Below the pieces are notes generated by a model that saw only the letters and a program-made list of their open reading frames with translations, had not been told where the DNA came from and made no database searches. The position numbers and the translations under genes are program-made. Positions 13,918 through 27,800 of a stretch of 64,000 bases of DNA are shown one piece after another (the first letter of the stretch is position 1; each line of letters opens with the position of its first letter). This DNA is from Lytechinus pictus (taxonomy: Eukaryota). Location of the stretch: positions 23,064,001-23,128,000 of the forward strand of contig NC_087257.1 in the NCBI RefSeq assembly GCF_037042905.1, read 5' to 3'.

Positions 13918-14074
13918 GGCCCCATGGCATACAAGTTACTATGATGGTAACTTTGCCATCCAATGGTAACTTCCCTGAAATCCTTGATTCTGATTGGCTG
14001 CTTAGCATTGTTACCATGGTAGTTGCCATTGGATGGCAAAGTTCCTATAATGGTAACTATTATGCAACAGAGCC
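13918..14074. mobile_element. Harbinger-like MITE (CAG TSD)
   Basis: CAG|GGCCC...GAGCC|CAG with internal inverted repeat AACTTTGCCATCCAATGG. Same family as 28851-29011 in the opposite orientation. Confidence 0.6.
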
Positions 14075-14898
14075 CAGGTCAACTAATAAAAATTGGGTAT
14101 AGCCTGACTGGGACTAAGACAAAATGGTAAATGGGTCGAATGGCATGTGGACCAAATGGTTAGTACATGAACTGGTTGTAGGTGAACTGGGATTAGACCA
14201 AATGGAAAGTGGAACCAATTGGATGTAGACTGAGTGACAATTTACCTTTCATTAATGCGCTATGGGGGTTAAATGTATTTATAAAGGTACTCATGAGTCA
14301 AGTTTGTGAACAATTGAGATCTTGAGTACCTAAAAGTGATTTTTTTCCTTCAAAGGTATTTAAAAAGTTAGTTTTGGACAAAGTATCTTAACAGACTACT
14401 TTTACGTATCTTGAAAGGTGTTTTCATTGTATGGATATTTACTTACATATACTCTTACGGTTTTGAAGGCCTAACATAGTAAGAAATTACAGGAAATTAT
14501 TTTGTCATACCATCGTGAAATGACCTCACACATCTATGATTGTGTGTGTTATGCTTAAAGTGTGCTTTGATGTTGTATAAATATATATATTATATATTCA
14601 AGACTTCCATTGTAAAAATGAAAAATTTCGGAAAATTTAACACACATCAAAACAGTGTTACATTTTTTGAACTGTTGAACAGTTGTAGTTAATGAGATGA
14701 GGAAGAAGTCTTCTTTTTGCCATTTCTGAGCCTTTACTTCATCTGTACACAGCATGTTAAACTTTTCAGCCACAAGCTAAATACTTGATATCACGAGAAA
14801 TGAAATACTACGACGAGAAATCGTCCCCAAATCCGATTAATGTCAGCAAGTGCTGTCTCCGCATATTCAGACGTAGTTCGTAAACATGCAAAATAATA

Positions 14899-15330
14899 GT
14901 GTTTTAAACGGAGACAAAGTTCATTGATGATTACTATTATCTCATTGACAAAAGAGTTTAGAAAGATAACAAACTCCGTCCCAATATTTTGATCTCTCTT
15001 CTCCATGTACATCAAGTAACTACTGAAAGAAATGCTAGTACTTGGGCCAATAAAGAATGTTTCTGAAACAAAGACAAAGTTCATTGATGATCGCAGTACA
15101 ATTATCTTATTGACAAGTATAGATAACAAACTCCACCGTAATATTTTGATCTCTCATCAGGCAACTACTGAAAAAAAATCTAGCACTTAAGAATGTTTCT
15201 AACCAGAGACAAAGGTCATTGATGATTACGATTATCTCATTAACAAAGAGTTTAGAAAGATAACAAACTCCGTCCCAATATTTTGATCTCTCATCAGTTA
15301 ACGACTGGAAGAAATGCTAGCATTTGGGCT
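14899..15330. repeat. Three diverged tandem copies of a roughly 130-165-bp unit
   Basis: Recurrent AGACAAAG(T/G)TCATTGATGA..AGATAACAAACTCC..AATATTTTGATCTCTC. Confidence 0.8.
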
Positions 15331-15366
15331 GATAAACTTTTGTATACAAAGTGCAGTACCCTCTAA

Positions 15367-15595
15367 CAGACCTGCCAACCAGTACGTTTTGTTAAAACCA
15401 GGGTGAAGATATTCACATTTTTAATGTTTTTTTTTTTCATCTGCAAGAGCAGTGCGCATTTTAGCTTGCATGCAGCTTGAGCGCCGCGATGAGCGAGTGC
15501 GCCAAGCATTTTATTATGAAATACACTTTTTTGGGGAAATTTTTTTTTTAAAATCACAGAATACAGTTTTTCATTCCCAGAGGTTGGCAGGTCTG
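15367..15595. mobile_element. Small TIR element (CAGACCTGCCAACC TIR)
   Basis: 14-bp TIR CAGACCTGCCAACC / GGTTGGCAGGTCTG. A related element CATACCTGCCA..TGGCAGGTATG lies at 16482-16678. No TSD seen. Confidence 0.55.
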
Positions 15596-18122
15596 CATAT
15601 TTATCTCACACGGTAAAAATACTGATTTTTTTGTCAAAATACTGATTTTTGGGGATAAGAATACTGAAAATGCAAAATACAACTTGGCAGCTCTGCTCTA
15701 ATCAAATATTTATGATAATGACTTGCTGTTTTGTTGTCTTCACCGATGCTGGGGGATGTTTCACAAAGAGTCAAGTGTGACGTAGAGTCGCACTTGAATT
15801 CCCAGTTGCATGTGGTATAAAAGGCATCACCGTATTGGTCATTCATGAGAAGAGGACGAGCGTTGCTTGTGATCAATGAGATTGTGCATTTCATAATATG
15901 CCCTTGCGGCACTAAGCACAACTTTAAATCGGACACTTAAAACCTTTGTGAAACACCCCCAGAAATGCAGTGCTGCTTTGATAGTGTATGTGTATCTCAA
16001 AGTCTGAAAACATAGATAATGGTTTTAAGCATTTATTGCTGAATTCATGTCTTTTCTCATGGCTGTGTACTTGTGACGCAGTGCTGAAAGTTTTACAAAA
16101 TGAAAGATGTTCAGGGTTTCGGAAAACCTGCCGTCATCTAATTACATTCTTTCTTTGCTTTAGGCTATTTATTGGTCATCTAGCAATACATGTAGGTTAT
16201 CCTATTTGAAACCAACTGGGTTCATTTTGCAGATACAGTACCTTGCAGGTTATATTAAGTTTAATGAATTTAATGATTATGTCTTGCTGTCCAACATATT
16301 TATTATTTTTCCTTCCAAGCTTTTCATGTTAATTTATCTATTTACAGTTATCTTCCGTTTCTGTTAGCTGCTTTGTCAATTTGCCTCAATTTTTGTTTGC
16401 TGCTTCATTTAATTTCTTTGGAAGGAAAGGAATTTCTTGTCTGGATTACAATGTGCCATTAATCCAGTGTCTAATATAACTCATACCTGCCAAGTATTCC
16501 TAATAGGTAGGAACATTCTTATTTTGGGGAATGAAAATTGCCATCTTAACGTGTGTTCTGTCAGAAAAACAAACTATGTAGTAATGAATGGGGAATTTAT
16601 GAATGTTCCTACTTCTGGGAATTGTGTAATCTGTTCCTATGTGTTCCTATGTGTTGGCTGTCTCGGGTGGCAGGTATGAAATTAAATCAGATTTAGAGGT
16701 GTTTGTACCATAATACAGCTACATGTAGATAAAAGTATGTGTACAATCGACCTTTGATAAAGCAAACAATCACCAAAGTTGAATTGAATTCTAGGGCATA
16801 CTGCAAATCATGTTTTATTTACCTCTTCTATGTCAGATTTTGCCCAGGTTCAACAGATATTTGTGTTTCCAGTACATGCAGGTTTGAATTTGATTGCCTC
16901 ACTTGTAGTTATTTATTAAAAAGTGGTTCATCAGAACTTGCCATGTTTAGAGTAAGGGTGATGCTTCATCAACAATATTCAGGGAGTGAAAAAACATGGC
17001 TGCCCCCAAACTGAGAAATTGGATCATCTTGCCTTTGACATCTCTTAGTGCGTCATCAAGGGTATCCCTGTGAACATTTGGAGGGAACTAGCATCTGTCA
17101 CCTGATAAAATTTATTCTTATCATGATTTTTAGATAACTGTGTACATGGGTATGAAAATCCATAGATGTGTCCATGGTATTATAGGGCTGACAAGAAGCA
17201 TTTCACAATTCTTGGGTCTGCTTTGTAAAGACTAGTGATGGATCCTATTAAAAGGTGAATCAAGATTTCTAAAGTTCCTGTCAAGTAGACAATTTGAATT
17301 ATTATTATATATTGAGTTTAATTTTAATCTACTGCAACTCTTTGTAAGATGGATCACAGTATCTTTCAATCATTTCCACCTGGTTCATCCCAATTTCACT
17401 AAGTTCTTAACATGGTTAGTATACTTAGGATGCACACAATTCATGAATTGAAGTTGTGACCTAGTTGAAATTCTGGTTTGGAAATAAAATTACTTTTTTG
17501 GAAGAATGATGAAAAGGCTTATTTAGACACAATGAAATAAGCTCGGCAACATTTTGCTGTACAAAGTCAAAGGGATGTTTTCAATAGACTCCATTAGGTT
17601 AAATCACTACACAAGTATATTTGACATCGAAAGAGAAGTAAAATGGTATAAAGATATTTTCTAATGTATTCACATTTTTCCATTTTAAACATGGGATGAG
17701 TCTGTTTGACTTCTTTATGGTCACGATATGGGAGTCCCAAGAAGCTGCCATTCATATTGGGAAGATACAACAATACACATATTTTTATGTTTGTCATGTT
17801 CATTATGTGTATGTTATATATATTTCAGAAATTACTTATGTTTCACAATGTAAGTAGTTTAGATGCCAACAGAATGCAATTATGTGAGTGATTCAACCAA
17901 ACTATGTATAAATGGCAATACATATTGTGATTTCTACTCAGATTTATGTATCTTTGCGTCACATATGAAATCTTTTATCTTAATGAATAAAATTGTATTG
18001 AAATTTATTTATTGTTTTAAGATGCTTTTTTTGTCGTAATCCAATTATTTCTTTTTCAGTCTTTAGGGGAAAACAGTACTTTATTGAATGGGCTGGATAA
18101 AGAAAAAAAAAGGAGGGAGAGA

Positions 18123-18290
18123 AGTATAAGAAAGTAGGAGTATAAGAAAGTAGGAGTATAAGAAAGTAGGAGTATGATAAAGTAGGACTATAAGAAAGTA
18201 GGTCTATAAGAAAGTAGGACTATAAGAAAGTAGGACTATAAGAAAGTAGGAGTATAAGAAAGTAGAAGTATAAGGAAGTAGGAGTATAAG
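18123..18290. repeat. 16-bp minisatellite (TATAAGAAAGTAGGAG)n
   Basis: About 10 imperfect tandem copies. Confidence 0.9.
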
Positions 18291-18557
18291 GAGGAGTATC
18301 AGAAGGGGAAGATGAGAGAGAGAAGGGGAAGATGAGAGAGAGGGATGGAAGTGTGAGGAGAGATAATGAAATGATAAACAAGAAAAGCTGCCATGTGTAC
18401 AGTACAAAAATCATTTATAGTTTATTGCATTAATATTTACACTATTCAAAAAGATCTGAAGCAAATGTAGACAATAGCATAAAACATTCATACAAGTGAA
18501 AATGGGACAATACCCTGTAAGTTGTCAGGATGTTTAAATAAAGACATTTGATTAATT

Positions 18558-18705
18558 TTCTTTTTTCTTCTTCTTTGTCTTCTTTTCTTCTTCTTTGTCT
18601 TCTTTTTCCTCTTCTTCTTCTTCTTCTTCTTCTTCTTCTTCTACTCCTTCTTCTTCTTCTTCTTTTTCTTCTCCTCCTTCCTCTTTTTCTTCTGATGTCA
18701 TCTTC
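18558..18705. repeat. (TTC)n microsatellite
   Basis: Visible triplet run. Explains the poly-R, poly-E and poly-S ORFs. Confidence 0.9.
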
Positions 18706-18862
18706 TGTTTGTTTATTTTGAAAATTTTCCTGAAACACTTATTCATTTTTGGAAGTACAAACATTCTCCATCTCAGCAGTCCTGCACATGTTGAGAATCT
18801 TTAGCAAATTTCAGTACTGCACAAAATAATATGTCACCACTAAAGTGAAAATATTGAATCCA

Positions 18863-21800
18863 TCAATGGTTCATTCGTTTCGTGTAATGTCTAAACTCCC
18901 ATTTCTGCGTGCCTGAATCCCTGCTACATTCGTTTGTGATGAGTCTTGCCTTGTAGATTCGTCCCATCGCTACGTCCAAACAATATCCACTCTCACGATG
19001 TTTTATTTGACCGGGCTGCACATAATAAAAAAAAAGTCAAAATATTTTAGTATTTTCATTTAAATACTTGATTTTTTCCAATTTAATCATAATTCATTTA
19101 CTTTATTTATCATAGCTGTGTCAGGTTAGGGTGACCCCCAAGAAACTTTCTTACAAACAATATTTTTACAGGTTCTTGGAATTCTTATTTAGGTCCATAG
19201 AATCGTTGATTTTGATTGAGCATTGTCATCATCATGGTCATTACCAAGCAAAGTTAGCATAACTTACTAACTTTCATGCTACAGGACCCGGTTCTCAAAA
19301 CCATGATCAGTATCGATGCTATTTTGTTTGATATCATGAAAAACAATAAGATGGGAGTCGTAGCGTATTTGAATTCTCGTCCTTGAACATCTCTCTGAAA
19401 AGCAATAACGTTCTCTTGTTTTTTAGATGGATTTCGCTTTTGGTTTTTTAGATTTATGAGACTTGAAGTTTTCAAATAAAGACAGTGGACTTAGCAATTA
19501 ACATGATTTATGATCGTCTAAGTTTGACAGCAGACGCCAGACGACATCGTTTACCTTCGAATGTATCCACTCTTGTGTTCCCGCCATCCCGTGACATGCT
19601 TCTAAGGTCGCTTGCTGTCCTATCCTATAGTCTGAGAGATCCAGGCACAGATCTTCAAAGCGGATCTCAAAATCTTTGGTGAGTAATAATGCCTGCACGT
19701 TAAAGAAGACATAACATATAGGCATACATAAATTACAACTTTCTAAGAGAAGACAGCATCACAATGTGAGAAATCTGTCCAATTGTGAATTCCTTTACAT
19801 TATAAACATTCTCATTTATTTTGTTCTTTTGATTTCAGGGACATTTTGATTAAATGAATAAGAAAGGTAAATTCAAAACAATATAAATTGATATTAACTG
19901 ACTTAAATTCCTATGCACTAATAGGGTATGTGATAAGTGCTATATTAATACTGTAAATTATTTCATTATTATAATTATTAAGAGCAAACTATTTTTTTTT
20001 CAATTTGTAAAAAAAAATCATTTCAGGCTGATAGAGTTTTTTTTTCATTTACTGTCAAAAACAATGCTATACAAAATGAGAATTGTTATGAAGTCAGCAT
20101 TCAGGATAACTATCTGATTTAACGCAATATCGATCGGTTATTATGGACGGTTTCGTTTAGTGTGGCTGCGCTAAAGCGTGCAGCGGGTCACGTTTTGCAC
20201 GTATCCCAACGGAATATCAAGATCGTTAGAGTAATTATTATCCTCATTATGATACTACTACATACCCACAATGGTATCTAAAGGTACTCTAAACGACCTT
20301 CCGCTTTTCCTTCCTGCCAAGTATTCTACTTTGGAAGTAATTTATGGTAATTAGGGAAGTCTACCCTGACCATGCTGACACCAAGTTGGTTTAAATATCC
20401 CAGAAAATGAGAGACTAAACACACCAAGAATTAACAGAATTATGGATTTTGTGCAGTACTCTGTACAAAGTCAATAATTATGAACTATATTATATTACAA
20501 TTGCAATTTATTGAATTTACATCATATATTACATAACAAATGTGACGTCACAAGATTAAAAATTGAAAATTCATTAACCTCAGATTCTTTTAGCGATTTG
20601 GCCAACCTTCATTCATTTTTTTATTTTATTTTTCTCCTTTTATCAAAACCAATGTCAAGTCAGGATATTAGATATAATGTAAAGTGCGATATGAAAGAAG
20701 AAAGAAAATTCTAACGTCCAATAATATCATGTCATTGTGTTTTATTACCAGTACATTTTTAATTACCTGTTTTTTACCGTCGTCGCTGCAAGTGTCTACT
20801 GATAACCTTTTACCCTCTCCACTTGGTACGAAACACAAATCATGATTTTGGTTATGAACCTGAAAAGGGAACAAAAAGAAGAAAAGAATAATAACTATCT
20901 TTTATAGACAATGGCGGATCCATTATTTCAGATGGAGGGAGGGGGCGTGCACGAAAATTTCAAAATTTTGACAGCAAAACAAATGAAATAAAAACGGCCA
21001 CGTTTTCCCCAATAAAATTTGACAAACAAAACAAGTGAGGTAAGGTCTTCAATAAAAACGCGGTTGCATTTCCTGTGTAAAAGCACAAGTTTCTGTACCT
21101 TGACTTTCCCAAATGGGGGCACATACCCCCGTGCCCCTTCGATCCTTGAGCTACAGCCGACAAACTATGTTTTATCTGCAGTTACTGTAGGAACTGTACG
21201 TGTTTCTCAGCCAATCAAAAATCATTAAGGAAAATTGTCAGTTCTGATAACTTGTCAAACGACATTATGTTGATAAAAGGCTATCATGATACCCGAGTTG
21301 CGAAATAAAACTCAAATTGAATTGATTAAAAAAAAAAGTGTCGTTCATAAAAATGATTTTTAGATCAATTGCTCTATTTTTTTTGCTACAATCCCTTGCA
21401 ATTCTTCGTAAGATGGGACCCAGTACTCTTGACAACCCCTCGGCGAGTTCAATAAGGAGGAACATCTCACCATGTTCCCCTTTTAACATCAATCTTAAAA
21501 TCACCCACTGGGCCATTTTTTTTCCACTCACAAACACCAAGGAAGGACTGTCGGAGTCAAGGACGGGGTCATGAACCTGTAGGTATACCTGGAAAACCAC
21601 CTCAGGGATCATTAGATGGTAGTGGTTAGAGGATCGGAGGAGAGGGGGGGGGGCTACCATAATTGGTATAGGTGAAAGGAACTGATTACCATCTCAGTGA
21701 AAAAATGTTGTCATATTGTGCAAATACCAGCAGGTAGTTGACTGTAGGTCTGTGCGGAATGATGCAGAGGGCGGTATAGTCGGGTCGCCAAAGTTTATCA

Positions 21801-24800
21801 ATTGAGTTGGTAAATTGAGGACTTCAAACAGTGAACCATCGAGTTGCGGAGTTCAACTATCCAGTATTTCATATAAGAGCTAATATAGGCGGTGACAACA
21901 CAAGGACTCTTCGGAAGGGGGGTGGGGGCCCGTGGTGGGGGGAGTGCATAGAATTGGACAATACATATTTAAGGGGGAGGGGGGAGGGGCCGTGGCTAAG
22001 TCTCACATGTGCTCGCTGGATCCACACCTTATTAGCACATTCGGGTAAATATCACCACTAACCAACGTGTAAACCCTATCTAGGCCGGGGAATTTAGGGA
22101 GATCTGTTGCCGGAGGGGGGTTGCCCCCCCCCCCCCCCCTCGGAGATCTCGGCCGTCGATCGCCGCACGATCGCGCCGAAAATTGGCACGCAGGTTTTCT
22201 GGGATATGATCGTTGAGGTGGGGGGGGGGGGGTTCAGAGCCCCCGGGCTAGATAGGGTTAAGCAGCACTAACTACATGTATAATCATAATAGATAACTGT
22301 CCTTGTCCTTACCCGACCCCATGCTCTTCTTGCGTTGTTGGATGTTGCTAGGAGCGACGGTGTCACGTGATTTAGATACCAGTCGAAGCTGTGACAATTT
22401 TGACGTGTCTTCATACTTTCGATCTCTGAAATATCACCAAAGTACCTGTCCTATAAATTGAAAAAGAAAGTAAGTAGTAAGAAAAACGTAATTTATGTTT
22501 CCGTTTATAATCCATCAAATCATAACACTGAAAACTGATGACCAGGCACGTCGCTTAAACTTGAGTAAATCTAAAATCAACCAAACCGTAGTATGCCTTC
22601 ATGTATCGTTAATATGATTTATGATACCAACGTTTGTCGAAATGCACATTGAAGAGAATAAAATGTCGCCTTTGTTTTCAAAATGAAAACATTATTTCGT
22701 TATAGCTTTCATGATATTATTTCAACAGAATTACGCGAGCAGGGGAATCTGGAAGAAGATGGGGGAGAATGAGTTGCGAGAGGGGGTGAATAGGAATGCA
22801 GATATTGAGGGGAAGTGGACATGATATGTATAAGTAAATTATGAGTACATGATATGCCTAACTGCTATGAAGGCAAAAATATAAAAGGGCTGACTAAAGG
22901 GGGTGGTGAGAGAAGTAGGGGAGTGGATCGAACCCAAGATGGGGGAAGGGGAGGGGGGTAATGTGGATCATGGAAGGGGTACCAGGATCTGTTCTTCGCA
23001 TACGTACTCTGGCATCTGGCACCGCGGAATAAAACTCCTCTTTGTACTCGCCCATCCATGTTTCGGCAATCCTCACCAAGTTACGCTGATACGACGTCTC
23101 GAGCGAACCCGGGGACGAGTATGGTGGGGCCTTACGGGTCACGTGACCGACCCGGCTACACGGAACGATGTAGATTGAACCACCACACATCCAGGTCTGA
23201 AAATATATCAGAAANNNNNNNNNNNNNNNNNNNNNNNNNNNNNNNNNNNNNNNNNNNNNNNNNNNNNNNNNNNNNNNNNNNNNNNNNNNNNNNNNNNNNN
23301 NNNNNNNNNNNNNNNNNNNNNNNNNNNNNNNNNNNNNNNNNNNNNNNNNNNNNNNNNNNNNNNNNNNNNNNNNNNNNNNNNNNNNNNNNNNNNNNNNNNN
23401 NNNNNNNNNNNNNNNNNNNNNNNNNNNNNNNNNNNNNNNNNNNNNNNNNNNNNNNNNNNNNNNNNNNNNNNNNNNNNNNNNNNNNNNNNNNNNNNNNNNN
23501 NNNNNNNNNNNNNNNNNNNNNNNNNNNNNNNNNNNNNNNNNNNNNNNNNNNNNNNNNNNNNNNNNNNNNNNNNNNNNNNNNNNTAGTAGTATAGACGGAA
23601 GTAAAATTACGTTGATTTATTCGCTTTTTGTGTTTTAGAGTGTATAGATGTTATAATAGTAGGAAGATTTAATGCTAATCGTTTGATAAAAATTGAAGAA
23701 AAAAAAAGCCATAGAAATATGACAACGCGGCAAGAACATTGATTACGACGACAACGACAACTATCAATCAACATGATGAAGATGGACGGGATGGACGATT
23801 ATGTGTTTGTTACTTTTGTTGTTTGTGTCGTTGTTATTGCTGCTGATGATGGTTATGACGATGACGACGATGACCACAATGATAGTGATCATTATGGAAA
23901 GATAAAAGGGGTTCCCATGTCTCTCTCTTCACACTCTCAGACTCACCTTAAACGAGAAATCGAGTGCGTCAGCTCCCCATGCGTCAAGCCCTGCGTCAAG
24001 ACCTCCAACCTTCTCAAAGAATGACTTACTGACAGCAAAGATTCCTCCGTTTGTAAGAGGAGATCTGTGATATAAGTTTGAGAACATCCAAAATATACAT
24101 GATATACTTTAGCAGATTAGGATATGTTTATATGCAGTCACACGAAAAACAAACTCATATCCAAATCAACCGATAGTAATTCTGGGAATGATATAATTGC
24201 TTTGGTCGGGCTCTGTTTCGTCGGTGTGATTATAGCGATTCATTTACACATATTTTAAAAAAATTATAATTCTTTATAATTAGGCTAAGGTTCATATTAT
24301 GTAATATTCACTTAATTTTTACTTGGTATATTTCTTCTATATAGAATTGTCAAGTGTATAGAATTATCAGTTAAACGGACGCATTAATGAAATGAAATAC
24401 ACAGGGGGTTGCACTATCATAATTATTACAATATCAAAATATATACACGTGAAAACTTAAGAACTCGTTGGTTCCAACAGGTCCTGTAAACCTCCGTTGC
24501 TACTTTGAAAAAAAAATCACTTCGTTGGCCACGATTTGTAGGGATGTCTGTCGAAAAGTATTCATAAATAATTAATCTGATTACAAGGATTCGATTCTAA
24601 TCAAAAGTGGACGTTGTACGATTTGGCATATCGGAATGCCTTGAATAAGTTTCCAAAATCTATACACTCTTTTTAAAGAGGGGTTCATAGCGTGCACATA
24701 AAAGAATACATTCCCAAAATAAAAACATCATGCTTTCTATGATGCGAACCCAAGCTAAATAGAAGAAAATATATATGAATAATAATAAACAAATCGATAA

Positions 24801-27800
24801 TAGCACACTAACATAGGCCGGAGTTGGTTAGCATCATTATATAACTAGATGGCTCATCAAAGAAATATCACATCAAGAAATCGAGAGCGGGGTGGGGTAA
24901 TGGACCTACCTGACAGGCTCCAAGGGGTTGAGTCTATCTGCTTTTTCCATCTTGCTGAGAATGATCCGTCTAGTCTCCAAGCTCCATCTAAAGGAGACCC
25001 TTGATAAGGAGCCGTCTTGGAAGCCGAATGTCTCCGGGTCGATGGTGTCAATGATCGGTGATACGACCGTCGTAGGACCTTGGTGAATGAGATCTAACAT
25101 CGGCTCTAACCTAAAAAATAAAAAAAAGTGAAGATTTTTGTTTTTATGCCATTTTTTTTTGTGTATCGCGTTGACGGAGTTCTACATAAAACCAACTTCT
25201 ATTTATGGAATCAAACCCCCGGTGGGGGGGGGGGGGGTAGGGGAGATATTCGAGAGTATATGGGTGTCCCCCCCCCCCCCCCCACACACACAAAAAATGA
25301 TTAAAAAACAACAGTTAGAGGGCGTGGGGTGCCCTAATGCATGGATATTAGTTTTCTAAAAATTTGGTTTTTTGGCCCTAAAAATTTGGCTTTTTTGCCG
25401 AACCTTTTTTAAGAGTCTATATACTGGCACGAAAGAATTATACCACCACTAGAGACCTTCAAATCTAAACTGAAGTCTTATTTTTTTTAAACAGTATTAG
25501 TTATTGGCACTTTGACCCTCATCCAAACTTTTTTATTCTTTCTTTTCTTGTGCGCCTCGGAATAGAATATTTCTAGATAGATGGCGCTATATAAATGCCT
25601 ATTATTATTATTATTAATATTTCAACATGGTATACAGGTTTTAGTTTTGAAACCTACCATTAGTGTTCATACTACTTTACCGCGAAATTGCTCAAAAGAG
25701 TGGCCAAACAACAACAAATATAGGCGCAAGTAATGGACTCGTGCCCAGGGTGCATGCCATTTTTAAAAACACAAAAAAGGGAGAAAAAATGGGGATAAAA
25801 GCATTAAAGAAAGAAAGATTTATAATATTTAATCTGACAATTAACCAAAGAGGGCACGTGCGTCAAATATATATATACTCTGGGCAATTGTTATCCAAAT
25901 GAGCAAATTTATTACCCAATTATTAGTTTTCATTACCCAATTTGTATTGATTTTAACCAATAGTTGTGTGGACAGTACGTTGCCCAGTGAACCCTTTTTT
26001 AGAGTGTATATACTGGCACAAAAGGTTGTTTTTGATTGGCGTTTTTTTAGGTGGGCATATTTGGCACGAAAATGAATCCAGCTTGGGGGCTCCCGCAGTA
26101 CATCCCTTCAGAACCAAAAGCGAGTACCCCCCTCCCCATGAATAAAATTTAAAACCCGGAGATAGCTGAAGCTGTTTTAAGAATTGACATACCTCACCTT
26201 TGAAGGGATAGGGATGGTCCATGCAGGCTGGAGATATTTATCAATAGAGTAAAATTCACATAGCAAAATGCTGAAAATTTTATCAAAATCGGGTAACAAA
26301 TAACGAAGTTATTGAATTTTAAAGATTTGCAATATTCCGGTGAAACAGTTCTAGGCATGTCTTTATATTAGGTGGGCTGATGATTTCATATCCTCACTTG
26401 TTCTTATGTATGTTATTATATAAAATAAGGTTTATTAAAAAAATTCTACCAAGAACTAAAACATTGGATTGACAACTCATTAAGTGCATTAGTTATTTAT
26501 TGCTGCAACTAATTTTATCATAAAGGAGACATATCACTTACACATGTATGAAAAATGAAACATTTATCATTTCATGTAATAACAAAGAAAACAGGAAAGT
26601 AGAGATGCGACATCATCAGCCCACCTAATGAATATTCATGACCATGTGCATATAACTGTTTTCACAAAATATTGATAAACTTTAAAATTCAATAACTTCA
26701 TTATTTGTTATCCGATTTTGATGAAATTTTCAGCATTTTGCTTGGCGAATTTTACTCTATTTATTTAGATATAAATATTTTCAGCCCCGACCATCCCTTT
26801 AACATTCTAAATTCGTAATTCATAATTTTTTTTTTATAGTGTATCGGGTTTTCATGGTAGGTTTACCTTCCGATGCATGAAACGCCGCTACTTATTAAAG
26901 GGTGATTGTTCGTCACACGTGTAACGTTATATTCAGAATGACTGTTGTTCATAATGTAAGACAGTCTCTATTCATAATCCACTCCGAGTTTATGACCAAT
27001 TAACACTTCCCTGCCCTTATATCAAAAGCGACAGTGATTAATTATCACGACTATGTAATAATTCCTGTTGCACTTATTAAAACAGGATGGTCATGATGAT
27101 ATCACCGTTAATTAATCTCATTATACAATTAGTAATGAGTAGTTGCATGGACAGACTATGGTACTTGTCAAGAGGCCAGCTCCTAGGTATGGGCACCGGA
27201 GTAATTATAAGCAGTATTATTTCAAACTGTATAACGTTTGATAAGAATGAAAAGATGATAAGGTGTGGGGTTGTGTGTGATGAACCACTATTGATGCTCG
27301 GGGTCTATGTGATCATTTTCCATTTAAAAATCTGTGACTAATTTTTGTCCATCGGTAATGGGGTTGTTTAATTATTCATTGAATTAAAAATTTAATTTTT
27401 CGTGCACTTTCTTTGCATCCTTGCCACTTCAGGAGTACTAAACACAATAACAAGACCCATGAACCCCTAAAAGTCTTATAATTGCGCTTTTGATGAGGAG
27501 GGGGACTTGAGGCGCTGCCCCCCCCAAAAAAAATCGTGACCGAGAATAAAAGGAAAGGAAAGAAAGAAGGCATATTATGATATTATTTTCTGAATATTAC
27601 GTCAAAATCTATCACAAAATTTGATATTTGTAATAAGAATGTCAATTTTTTTTTCGCTCGTTTCGCTCATAACTTTTAATAGTTTGTCCATATACGCCAT
27701 ATGTAGCCCCCTAAGTTTTATTTTGGGCTCATTACACCACTGTGAGCAGGGAATCACATGGTTATTGCCGTCATAAATTGGATTGATTGACTGATAAAGA

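Noticed and set aside
18204-18804. Poly-R, poly-E, poly-S and Leu/Ser-rich ORFs
   Set aside because: Artefacts of mini- and microsatellites. The same applies to 55121-55578.
21265-21660. 131-aa ORF in a GALNT intron
   Set aside because: No recognisable domain, and the flanking GALNT exons join in frame without it.
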